Below are positions 39,611-48,137 of a DNA stretch of 62,183 nucleotides, one piece after another. A program made the translations under genes and the position numbers. The stretch spans positions 1 to 62,183 of the IMG/VR virus record IMGVR_UViG_3300025141_016207. One strand, written 5' to 3'. The notes under the pieces were generated by a model. It saw only the letters and a list, made by a program, of their open reading frames with translations, was not told where the DNA came from and searched no databases. Positions within the stretch are counted from its first letter, which is position 1; each line of letters starts with the position of its first letter. Source of the DNA: a virus. Taxonomy: Duplodnaviria; Caudoviricetes.

Positions 39611-39866
39611 TGTGTTCGTATGTCCTCTCTTCTAAGTTTTGTTGATAAGTTCGAAGTTCTTGCTTCGAATCTTCTATAAATTCCTTTGTCATTTCTCCGA
39701 CTTTTTTCTTTTGTGGATCTTTTTTTTCGATCTTTAGCGCGAAACTAGACGGCAAACGCTCAAAATCCATCGAACCGCACGGACAGTTGGCAGGAGATTC
39801 ACTCATCCCATGCCACTCTCCCCACTCATCCCCACAATCATTACAGTGGTAAAAATACTTGGGCAT
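39603..39866 (-). CDS. FmdB-family zinc ribbon protein
   Basis: MPKYFYHCNDCG..H.MSE..CPCGS; ATG overlaps the upstream TGA. Confidence 0.85.
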   Translation of the reverse strand: MPKYFYHCNDCGDEWGEWHGMSESPANCPCGSMDFERLPSSFALKIEKKDPQKKKVGEMTKEFIEDSKQELRTYQQNLEERTYEHND

Positions 39867-40054
39867 CAATCGCTTTCTTCGTCATCAGCGCCGATTTTAA
39901 ACACGGGAGGATTCGCAACCATTAATTCATCCTGTGATTCGCCATTAATAACGAAATCAAATGCCCTTAAAATGGGAACAATATCAGTTTGCTCATATAA
40001 TGATTTTTGTAGTGCCATCATCAGTGCTCCCATCGCTTGATCAGATAATTTCAT
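39866..40054 (-). CDS. Small hypothetical protein
   Basis: 62 aa, AAGGAG SD, ATGA coupling with the upstream gene. Confidence 0.6.
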   Translation of the reverse strand: MKLSDQAMGALMMALQKSLYEQTDIVPILRAFDFVINGESQDELMVANPPVFKIGADDEESD

Positions 40055-40392
40055 TGTTTCTTCTCCTTAAAGTTAATATTGGGGGCAGTCATCTGCTGCT
40101 CAAAAAACATATCTGAATTGATGTTTTTATCGTCAATAAACAAATCATAATTTGGCTTTCCAAATTTAAGATCATGGTATTTGACACCCCATTTTTTAAA
40201 TTGTTTAGTAGTTGTCTCGGACCAGTCTATGCCCGACCCAGAGCCCCTAGCTGTCCAGTAAATAATTGTATTGCCATCATCATAAAGCTGATTTATTTTT
40301 TTGATTCTATTTGCCATAGGGACCGCCTCTGCATAATTGCGAGATGGGGGTGATTGGCAAATCGTTTCATCAATGTCAACATAAATAACCAT
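40051..40392 (-). CDS. Capless HAD-superfamily phosphatase (capsule-biosynthesis type)
   Basis: YVDIDETI (motif I), YWTARG (motif II), GKP.YDLFIDDK (motifs III/IV); 113 aa. Confidence 0.85.
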   Translation of the reverse strand: MVIYVDIDETICQSPPSRNYAEAVPMANRIKKINQLYDDGNTIIYWTARGSGSGIDWSETTTKQFKKWGVKYHDLKFGKPNYDLFIDDKNINSDMFFEQQMTAPNINFKEKKQ

Positions 40393-40395
40393 GAT

Positions 40396-41319
40396 TTAAT
40401 CCTTGCCTACAACTGAATGATTGGCAAATCTTTCCATCAATTGTTTTAAATCTTCGTTCTCTAGTTCTACATGCAAAATCTTTTTCTCCCAACGCAACTC
40501 GGTCGCAACTGGATCAATTCCCATGATATCATACCTGATTTTTAAATTTAACGTATCGCCCGAAAGAGGGAGAGGACTCTCAACCACCTGTTGCTTAATG
40601 CCCTGATTTACCATGTTTTTAATGATATTGGATTCGTGATCGAATGATCCAGTTCTAGCTCTCTCTAACAACCCTATAATTTCAGATGCTTTTCTATAAC
40701 CCCACTTTACATATTCTTTTTGGAGAAGCTTCTCATCATAAATGCGTTCACCAAGCGACGACATATCTTGAGCCGACCATACATAAATGTGATGCCCAAA
40801 ATCCTTTGCACCGGCAACCAAATTTAAAGATTGCGCCAAACTTTTTCCGCATTTTGCACCATGAATTTCACAATATAACTTATCAATATACCTTAAAGTG
40901 CCATCATTATATAATTTTTGCAACACCTCGTATTCGGCTCCTTCAATATCAAGCTTTAAAATAATTGTGTCACTTTCTAAAAAATTATCCTTTATCCAAG
41001 AACTTAAATCAAAAGATTCTGCCTTTCTTGGATTATGCGCGTATTTGTCTTTTATAACACTAGAACCTTCGTCTGCGTCGTCATACCACGTTATAGTTCC
41101 ATCTTTTACCCACACAGCTTTAGTATCCCATACCGCACTTTTAATATTTTTTTCCAAAACAAGTCTGGACATAATTTTTAAACCAGCTTGTTTAAACATG
41201 CGGCGATCTGAAATCTCAAAACAATAAGCCTCATATTCGCCGCTATCTGCATAGAGACTCGAAAAGGCTTCTAGAGATTCGCCTTTGTGTGCTCCACAGT
41301 CTATAAAAACTTTTTTCAT
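40396..41319 (-). CDS. FkbM-family methyltransferase with C-terminal extension
   Basis: VFIDCGAHKG, ILKLDIEGAEYEVL, CEIH. Confidence 0.85.
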   Translation of the reverse strand: MKKVFIDCGAHKGESLEAFSSLYADSGEYEAYCFEISDRRMFKQAGLKIMSRLVLEKNIKSAVWDTKAVWVKDGTITWYDDADEGSSVIKDKYAHNPRKAESFDLSSWIKDNFLESDTIILKLDIEGAEYEVLQKLYNDGTLRYIDKLYCEIHGAKCGKSLAQSLNLVAGAKDFGHHIYVWSAQDMSSLGERIYDEKLLQKEYVKWGYRKASEIIGLLERARTGSFDHESNIIKNMVNQGIKQQVVESPLPLSGDTLNLKIRYDIMGIDPVATELRWEKKILHVELENEDLKQLMERFANHSVVGKD

Positions 41320-41325
41320 AATCTG

Positions 41326-42012
41326 TTAATCCAACATAAATACTGATAGGATCTCTTCGCCATTAGCGACTTGACCTCTCTTGGTTTTCAGTATCATTTT
41401 ACACTTGAACTCCGGTTCCATTAGCTTCCTCAAAGATTTTTCAGAAAAATAGTGATAATGTCCATCGAATGGTTCCTTACTGTGTAATGTCCGGTTTACT
41501 GGAACTTGTATAATTGCCTTGCCTGTTTTATTAAGCAACTTTAATAATTTATTCTTATAATGTTTTGGGTCGTAAAAATGTTCCAGAACATCAAAAGAAA
41601 TAATAACATCGTATTTAGAATTCTCCGGTATATTTTGCATCGAACATCCAAATACCTTTATACCCTTGTTTTTTGCAGCAGAAGAGAGATTTTCATCTAT
41701 TTCACATGCATGATAATTTTCTAAACCAAATTTTTCTTTAAAAATATCACAAAAATGTCCATACCCTAAGCCGATTTCCAACACCCTATCAGCGGCGCAT
41801 ACATAGTCCCCTATCAAGCTGAGTTTGGTTGCTCCTCTGGCTTTTATGGGCGCGGTTTGAACCGCAGGTGTTATTTTTTGCCTATAAAGATTTGTGTAAT
41901 AATCTTTCAAATCTATTGCGGAATAATTTCTGAAGACATGTTCACATTCATCGCACTTACAGACCTTTTCTCTTATATTTTCAATTGTGTTCTCACAAAT
42001 TATACATTTCAT
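41326..42012 (-). CDS. Class I SAM methyltransferase with N-terminal Zn ribbon
   Basis: CIIC..CDEC, VLEIGLGYG, FDVLEHFYDP, IQVP..GHYHYFS. Confidence 0.85.
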   Translation of the reverse strand: MKCIICENTIENIREKVCKCDECEHVFRNYSAIDLKDYYTNLYRQKITPAVQTAPIKARGATKLSLIGDYVCAADRVLEIGLGYGHFCDIFKEKFGLENYHACEIDENLSSAAKNKGIKVFGCSMQNIPENSKYDVIISFDVLEHFYDPKHYKNKLLKLLNKTGKAIIQVPVNRTLHSKEPFDGHYHYFSEKSLRKLMEPEFKCKMILKTKRGQVANGEEILSVFMLD

Positions 42013-42025
42013 AAAATCAAATTTT

Positions 42026-42895
42026 TTACTCCTTTAATAAAAAATCACACACAGGCTTTTTCCAATCGGGCAACGAATCATAAAAACTTTTTTTAATTTT
42101 AAACGAAATGGATTGTTCTTTGCCATCGGCAAGTTCTGGATGCACCACGAAGTTTATAGTAAACATGAGGCGTGAGCCTTGGCGAACCTTCTGCCCCTTG
42201 TGCCAGCCGTTGGTCCAGCCCATAAGCAAATCTCCTGCTTTCGCAGTGCAGCGTTTTATGCTTTGCTTGCTATAGGCATTTTCTAGTTCAGCATCCATCC
42301 AACGTTGTTTGGCGTCCCACCCGCTAAACATTTTTGCATTACTTCCTTCGACGTAGGTAAAGGGACCAGTATGAATATCTACATCATTTAAATAAGCAAA
42401 AAACTTTATTATCCTTACACTATTAAAATCACGATGAAACAAATTGGTAGTTCTTGAAGGGAGATTGTTGGCATAGCTTTTACGCAAATTGCATGTGCCA
42501 ATTGCCGGTAAACAGCCATAAAACGAAGCCGCCATCTCTATAATTCTGTCGTCAAAGGCAATTTGAGCGGCACCCTCTATATTGTACAGGGGCTGTGCAA
42601 TCATCGAATGTTCTTCATTATGAATCTTTAAAGATTGTCCTGTCTTTATTAAATTCTCCGTGTCTTCACGCATTTTATCGATAAACTCTTTGTCAAAAAA
42701 GTTCTCTATTTTCGTGTAGCCTTTTTGTTTTAAATCATTAACATATGGCTCATATTTTGAACTAGCACTATGGGGATGCTGCGCGGTGCGATCGACATAT
42801 TTTTGATTATAATACTCTACTGCCTCTCTGCCATTTTTTAAAAGCCAATGCCCATAAAAGTTCGCTTGATTCGGTTGTATCCAAGATGTCGTCAT
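42026..42895 (-). CDS. PhyH-like Fe(II)/2-oxoglutarate dioxygenase (type B')
   Basis: LFHRD (HxD), FAYLNDV, GPFTYVEGS, WHKG, distal Arg (SRLM). Confidence 0.8.
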   Translation of the reverse strand: MTTSWIQPNQANFYGHWLLKNGREAVEYYNQKYVDRTAQHPHSASSKYEPYVNDLKQKGYTKIENFFDKEFIDKMREDTENLIKTGQSLKIHNEEHSMIAQPLYNIEGAAQIAFDDRIIEMAASFYGCLPAIGTCNLRKSYANNLPSRTTNLFHRDFNSVRIIKFFAYLNDVDIHTGPFTYVEGSNAKMFSGWDAKQRWMDAELENAYSKQSIKRCTAKAGDLLMGWTNGWHKGQKVRQGSRLMFTINFVVHPELADGKEQSISFKIKKSFYDSLPDWKKPVCDFLLKE

Positions 42896-42903
42896 TAAAT
42901 CTC

Positions 42904-43713
42904 CTAATCTAAATTATAAACTTTAACATTTTTCTTCGGCAAAATCGTGCGAGTGCGGTGATTAAAATAAGAGTCCATTTTTTGTAGGCTTGGGCGTATA
43001 AAAAGAAAAAGACAATCTCTGGGAGCAGTGTGTGATTGGGGAATTGTTGCGCGATGCATGATATTAGGAGTCAACATTCCGTAAGTGCCGGGGGGACCAA
43101 TTAGGCTTTGTTGCCGACCTCCTTTCTTGCAAATTTCATCAATAACCTTTGGTGGGATGCGAGAGCCTTTGTAAAGTTGCTGTCCGATACCCATGTGAGG
43201 CGTATGCCGAGAGGAAGGAACAATCGGTGCATTATTTTTTTCATCCACCATAAACTGAAAACAACCGTTTTCTTCCGTCACCTCATTTAAATAAACCACA
43301 AATTTTAAAAATTCTCTTGGGCAATCATCATAATGCCACAGCCAGGATGCGGCTGGCTTCTCTTTGGTAGGATTGTTGCGATAAGGCATCACAAATTCAA
43401 CTTGTATTCCACAATGAAAAATTTCTCTCTCTACTTGCGGCGCAACATGATTTACAAACGCTTTAAGGCTTTCTATTTCCAAACAATCATTTACATAGCG
43501 AGCAAAGGAAGAACCATTATAGCATCCTAAATTATTATCTAGTCGGTATCTTATGTCTTTTGCCAGTTCCTCTACCAAAGAAAAATATCTTTCGTCTGTG
43601 GCGAGAAAATCGGCATCAATAGACAAATCATACAAAGAATCATATTTATCCCCCGAGGAAGTGACCGGATTGATTTCTAAACATCTTTTATAATGTTCGG
43701 CATAGGTTTTCAT
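42904..43713 (-). CDS. PhyH-like Fe(II)/2-oxoglutarate dioxygenase (type A')
   Basis: WLWHYDD, KFVVYLNEV..NGCF, IMHRAT, PRD; start placed at MKTY (ATGA overlap), although the ORF is open to 43734. Confidence 0.75.
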   Translation of the reverse strand: MKTYAEHYKRCLEINPVTSSGDKYDSLYDLSIDADFLATDERYFSLVEELAKDIRYRLDNNLGCYNGSSFARYVNDCLEIESLKAFVNHVAPQVEREIFHCGIQVEFVMPYRNNPTKEKPAASWLWHYDDCPREFLKFVVYLNEVTEENGCFQFMVDEKNNAPIVPSSRHTPHMGIGQQLYKGSRIPPKVIDEICKKGGRQQSLIGPPGTYGMLTPNIMHRATIPQSHTAPRDCLFLFIRPSLQKMDSYFNHRTRTILPKKNVKVYNLD

Positions 43714-44423
43714 TTTCTCTTCTCCCATACACACAACATTTCTTCGCCTCTAGCCAAAGAGCCCCTATTACCAAAATAAATTTGCAAAGCTTTAAAATCA
43801 CTCTCAAATAGATTAAGTATTGAGTCTTTAGAAAAATAATGAGAGTGACCATCAAAAATCGGGTTTGGGGGCACCATTGTTCGATTTATAGGAACCTGTA
43901 ATATCAAAAACTTATTAACAATTTCTGCCATCTTTTCTTTAAACTTTTGGATATCCAAAACATGCTCTAACACATCCATCCCGATAACCACATCAAACCC
44001 TTGATCAATTTCTAAAACACTTTTATTAATAACCTCAAAGCCCAAATTGGCGCACTTATCGGTCATTTTTGTATCGATATCGGAACACATAATTGTTTTT
44101 ACATAGTCTTGTGCCTTTACCGCAAACAAGCCGTCGCCAGAGCCAATTTCCAATACCTTAAACTCTTCACTTAAAAAATCCTTCGTAGCGTTTAAAAACG
44201 TATCAATATACTTATATCTTTCTTTAGAAGAATACATGGCATACCCCTCTTCTCCCTTAATCCGATACTTTTCTCTATGGTATTCTTCAACATCGCCTTT
44301 AAAATATCTAAAAATGTGATCGCAAAGTTTACACTGATGGGTATCTGATATGAGGTTGTTCTGCCAATAATAATTGGAGTTATAAGACTTTTCGGCGCGG
44401 CAAGCGTGACATCTATCCAACAT
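43710..44423 (-). CDS. Class I SAM methyltransferase with N-terminal Zn ribbon (paralog of 41326-42012)
   Basis: CHAC..CKLC, VLEIGSGDG, MDVLEH, LQVPINRT..FDGHSHYFS. Confidence 0.85.
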   Translation of the reverse strand: MLDRCHACRAEKSYNSNYYWQNNLISDTHQCKLCDHIFRYFKGDVEEYHREKYRIKGEEGYAMYSSKERYKYIDTFLNATKDFLSEEFKVLEIGSGDGLFAVKAQDYVKTIMCSDIDTKMTDKCANLGFEVINKSVLEIDQGFDVVIGMDVLEHVLDIQKFKEKMAEIVNKFLILQVPINRTMVPPNPIFDGHSHYFSKDSILNLFESDFKALQIYFGNRGSLARGEEMLCVWEKRK

Positions 44424-45523
44424 TACGCGGCACCTATTTTTCTCTTGATGGTATCAGGCAACGGGCACAAAGTTCTAGAGACGGTGGCAAGCGTATTGTA
44501 TTTCTTTTCTTCTCCTAAGTTATAAATATTAAATTCATATTTGTGCTTCAAGTGAAAAATGTAATCCCAAAATATTAAATTTTGGCGGGCTTGAAATCTG
44601 TCTCCATGCAAGTTGTACCACTTTGGAACCCGCTTTTTGCTGTTAAAGGCGTGCAGTAATTTACCGTCTTTTTCTACCTTATTCCGACCATCAACCCCAA
44701 CAAAATAAACATCCTTAGCACCACTAAAAATAGCCAGGGCAATCATTCGCACTCCCGTGCCAATAACCGACGAATATCTGGTATACCAATGACAAGAGTT
44801 GGAGGGGTATCTTTCTACAAAGGACTTCACAGGATCTAGTGGAACCTGATCATATAAATAAGTCACGAGGGGGAAAGAAATTATCGGGGCGTCACGCCTC
44901 ATTATATCATTTAATTCTTTATTATCAAGGTCAACCACTGAAGCAAGCGCTGCAAAATCAATTTTTACATCTTGTAATTTGTCATTTTTGTAAAATTCAT
45001 TACAGGTCCATAAATAATCATAATCCACAGCTTGCCAATCCACTTCGTTAGCGGAAGGACCGCCGCACACGATCATTATCTTCTTGCCTGTATATCGATT
45101 AAAATGATTATCAACATTCGAAATGAAAAACTCTCCTGCGTCATCGAAGACAAGTTCCTGTGTCTTGAAGACATCTATTTTGTCAACGATTGTGGAATTA
45201 TATTCTTCCAGTATATTTTCAAAATATTTATTCTGTGCTGGTACAAAAAAATGCTGTTCTTTTTTCGCATTTTTAAGCGTCACATATTGGGCATCACTGA
45301 AAAATTGATTATCCCTGGTGTCGAGCCACACGCTTCTTGGCGGCGGCGCTTCGTCACCACATATATCCAGAACATGCTTATGAACTCTCTTAATGTTAAT
45401 GCTACGGTTGTTGTTAATATACACCGTAGCATTTTCATGAAGTTCTTTATCTATGCCCGACCAGAAAGAACCTTCGTCATAAAGCAGAGTGCAATCATCT
45501 AAATGTGTTCCTAACTCTATCAC
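44423..45523 (-). CDS. Sialyltransferase-fold protein (Cst/GT42- or Maf/DUF115-like nonulosonate transferase)
   Basis: IMIVCGGPSANEVDW..WTCNEFY and GTGVRMIALAIFSGAKDVYFVGVDG resemble recalled Cst-II motifs (IAGNGPSL..RCNQFY; SGVYM..ALGYKEIYLSGID). Confidence 0.65.
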   Translation of the reverse strand: MIELGTHLDDCTLLYDEGSFWSGIDKELHENATVYINNNRSINIKRVHKHVLDICGDEAPPPRSVWLDTRDNQFFSDAQYVTLKNAKKEQHFFVPAQNKYFENILEEYNSTIVDKIDVFKTQELVFDDAGEFFISNVDNHFNRYTGKKIMIVCGGPSANEVDWQAVDYDYLWTCNEFYKNDKLQDVKIDFAALASVVDLDNKELNDIMRRDAPIISFPLVTYLYDQVPLDPVKSFVERYPSNSCHWYTRYSSVIGTGVRMIALAIFSGAKDVYFVGVDGRNKVEKDGKLLHAFNSKKRVPKWYNLHGDRFQARQNLIFWDYIFHLKHKYEFNIYNLGEEKKYNTLATVSRTLCPLPDTIKRKIGAA

Positions 45524-46206
45524 TTGGTAGGCACCCCTTTATACAAAGCTTCACAAAGTTTAAATTGCCATTCATAATCAATATCAAAGACCTCTTCTTC
45601 TTTTACCACAAAAAGCTCTGGCTCGGGAGGCACCTTTGTATCCATCCAACAACCACCTTTAACAATATCAAGCCTGCTAGCATATAAACAATGCGCGGCT
45701 TCGTAAGTTATGTTCATGGTTTTTGTGTTCATTAGTTTTTGGTCTTCAGGCCACGGACTAATCATCTTCCCGGTGGCGTCCCAAAAATATTGCTTTTTGG
45801 CTATTACAGCAAACATGCCATCATCCGAGGAAGAAAGATAACTTCTCATAAAGTTATCAATGGTCTCCGTGGTTAATAGCGGAGTACAAGCACTTATCAA
45901 CACAACATATTTATAATCCAACTTATCGTGCCACTCATAGATATCCGTAATGCTGTTTTCTGCCATAGCAGATTTTTCACTTCTATGAAAAATATTAACG
46001 CCGTGCTTTTCGCCTATCTCGACCAATTCTGGTTCGTAAACCGACAAATAAAAGTTTTCCTTTGGAATGACTGAGGAATTCAAAACATTCACAACCCCTA
46101 TATCTGTCAATGTTGTCCCGGCGAAAGGGCGAGTCATTTTTTTAGGAACACGCTCCGAATTTAAACGAGCTTGTATCACCACACACACATCTTTAATATC
46201 CTTCAC
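45520..46206 (-). CDS. neuA: Acylneuraminate/nonulosonate cytidylyltransferase (CMP-sugar synthetase)
   Basis: VIQARLNSERVPKKM..FAG, CTPLL, FDIDYEWQF; GTG start with GAGG SD. Confidence 0.85.
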   Translation of the reverse strand: MKDIKDVCVVIQARLNSERVPKKMTRPFAGTTLTDIGVVNVLNSSVIPKENFYLSVYEPELVEIGEKHGVNIFHRSEKSAMAENSITDIYEWHDKLDYKYVVLISACTPLLTTETIDNFMRSYLSSSDDGMFAVIAKKQYFWDATGKMISPWPEDQKLMNTKTMNITYEAAHCLYASRLDIVKGGCWMDTKVPPEPELFVVKEEEVFDIDYEWQFKLCEALYKGVPTK

Positions 46207-46218
46207 GCTAATATCCTC

Positions 46219-46256
46219 AAAAAAAAAATAATGGACCCACTTAGTGAATCCATTAT
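46219..46256 (-). terminator. Intrinsic terminator upstream of neuA
   Basis: Minus strand ATAATGGATTCAC-TAA-GTGGGTCCATTAT (13-bp stem, two G-U pairs) running into a T-tract (A10 at 46219-46228 on +). Confidence 0.7.
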
Positions 46257-46280
46257 AACTTGTTAAAAAATAAAAGTTAA
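46252..46280 (-). promoter_or_regulatory. Sigma70-like promoter for neuA onward
   Basis: TTAACT-17 nt-TATAAT in an AT-rich intergenic gap. Confidence 0.55.
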
Positions 46281-46298
46281 TCCCAAAATATCAATCGT

Positions 46299-47237
46299 TT
46301 AAACCTTCCATAAAAAATCTGCGGTGGGCTTTTTCCAATCTGGAAAAGCTTCAACATCTTCTTTTCTTATACAATGACGCTCATCAAGGGGCACCTCAGA
46401 CTTGTGGTTATAACCACCCAACTCAGGATGGATCAAATAAGTAAAATGGATTGCAGTTCTTTCAGCCTTCGTCGGTTTTTGTCCCTTATGAAAACCATAG
46501 GTATCAGCCATCAATAAATCGCCAAATTTTGCTGTTATTGGTAAAATACTATCTTTACCATAAAGAGCCTCGACCATTTCATCAGTGGGGTAATGATGAT
46601 TCCACCATCCATTAAACATTTTTCTATTGCTTCCGGCGACATATGTAAATGGTCCACCACCCTCCTCAACATCATTCAAGTAAATAACAAATTTCATCAT
46701 TTTGACCAAACTATTATAATCACGATGATAATTTTGGTTGGTCAGAGGGGGAGCATCATTCACAAAACTTCTCCTTACGGCAACTGACCCCATGGCTGGT
46801 CGACAACCATAATAAGCTGTCGCAATATTGATCAATCTATCATCAAATAAAATTTCTGGAAGCGATGTTAAATTTAACAAAGGCTTATTAATATAGATCA
46901 TCTGCTCGCTAGGGTATTTTAGATTTGTATTGGTATCAATGCTGCTTTGAATCTCCTCTCTAATGTTTTGCAAAATTTTCATTTGTTCTTCATTAAAAAA
47001 ACTTTCAATCTTGGAATAACCTAAGTTTTTCAAATTTTCAGCATGTGGCTTCGCAACAGAATCAATTTCAAATGAATATTTTTCCTTTCTATTCTGAAAA
47101 TTTTCATTCCAATATCGAATAGCCTCTACGCGGGCTTTCTGGTGATCCTGCGCCGGGGCGTCACAAGTGTGAAAACCATAAAAATTAGCATCTTCTGGAT
47201 AAATCCAACTGAGTCCTTGAGTTTCTATATTAATCAT
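46299..47237 (-). CDS. PhyH-like Fe(II)/2-oxoglutarate dioxygenase (type B)
   Basis: NYHRD, VIYLNDV..GPFTYVAGS, GFHKGQK, ERTA; C-terminus PDWKKPTADFL matches PDWKKPVCDFL of 42026-42895. Confidence 0.8.
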   Translation of the reverse strand: MINIETQGLSWIYPEDANFYGFHTCDAPAQDHQKARVEAIRYWNENFQNRKEKYSFEIDSVAKPHAENLKNLGYSKIESFFNEEQMKILQNIREEIQSSIDTNTNLKYPSEQMIYINKPLLNLTSLPEILFDDRLINIATAYYGCRPAMGSVAVRRSFVNDAPPLTNQNYHRDYNSLVKMMKFVIYLNDVEEGGGPFTYVAGSNRKMFNGWWNHHYPTDEMVEALYGKDSILPITAKFGDLLMADTYGFHKGQKPTKAERTAIHFTYLIHPELGGYNHKSEVPLDERHCIRKEDVEAFPDWKKPTADFLWKV

Positions 47238-47246
47238 TTTATTTTC

Positions 47247-48053
47247 CTAATTTAAATCATAAACCTTAACATTTCGACCTGACGCAATGGAATAAGTGTT
47301 CTCGTTAATATAAGATTCGCGATTCGCAAGCGATGGTCTAATAAAAAAGAACACACAATCTCTTGGAATAGTCCCAACTTTGGGAACGGTAGCGCGATGG
47401 TAAATGTTAGGTGTAATTATTGCATATGTGCCGGGGGGTCCAACTAAATCTCTTATGTGACCGCCCTCTTCTACTTTTTCTTGAATAACTGATGCCGGGA
47501 TTCGCGAGCCAGCATAAAGTTGCTTTGGAGTGCCCCCAGTGGGAGAAACGCGACGAGAAGGAATTACAGGAATGCTGCCGTCAGCAGCTTCTAAATACCG
47601 AAAACATCCATTATCTTCATCAACTTCATTTAAATAAACCACAAATTTCAAAAATTCATTTGGGCAATCATCATAATGCCAAAGCCAGGACGCCACTGGT
47701 GGTGCGCCGGGAATATTCCGGTAAGGGGCGACAAACTCGATTTGTGCGTTACAATGAAAAATTTCTGCCTCGATACGGGGCATAATGTGTTCCGCAAGTT
47801 CTGAAATTTCGGGAATGTCTCTCCACTTATCGAGATAGAGAGCCGTGGCTCTTTTTACGCAGCCCTCATTATTATCAAACTTGTCGGCGAGCTTGGGAGC
47901 CAATCTTTTAATTATATCACGATATGCCGGATCGTCGCCAAGGAAGGTGCCATCAACAGTAAGATCATAAAGAGATTTATATTTTGATTCTGGCGTTGCA
48001 GGTAGAGCGGCGCTTTCTAAGCTTTTTTGATAATGTTCTTTATATGTCAACAT
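47247..48053 (-). CDS. PhyH-like Fe(II)/2-oxoglutarate dioxygenase (type A)
   Basis: WLWHYDDCP.EFLKFVVYLNEV, IYHRAT, PRDC; AAGGAG SD. Confidence 0.75.
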   Translation of the reverse strand: MLTYKEHYQKSLESAALPATPESKYKSLYDLTVDGTFLGDDPAYRDIIKRLAPKLADKFDNNEGCVKRATALYLDKWRDIPEISELAEHIMPRIEAEIFHCNAQIEFVAPYRNIPGAPPVASWLWHYDDCPNEFLKFVVYLNEVDEDNGCFRYLEAADGSIPVIPSRRVSPTGGTPKQLYAGSRIPASVIQEKVEEGGHIRDLVGPPGTYAIITPNIYHRATVPKVGTIPRDCVFFFIRPSLANRESYINENTYSIASGRNVKVYDLN

Positions 48054-48089
48054 TGTACGATCTCCTTTAAAGCATTGTCACATATAACA

Positions 48090-48117
48090 ATTATAAAAGC
48101 CTTTTAAACAATGTTAA
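48090..48117 (-). promoter_or_regulatory. Sigma70-like promoter for the dioxygenase pair
   Basis: TTAACA-16 nt-TATAAT in an 84-nt intergenic gap. Confidence 0.5.
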
Positions 48118-48137
48118 GAACCCTTTTTTGATTTGCG

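Noticed and set aside
42026-48053. Dioxygenases as TET/JBP DNA base-modifying enzymes
   Set aside because: Motifs (YLNDV..GPF.YV.GS, HKG) are PhyH-like and no DNA methyltransferase or nucleotide kinase is adjacent; a DNA target is disfavoured but not formally excluded
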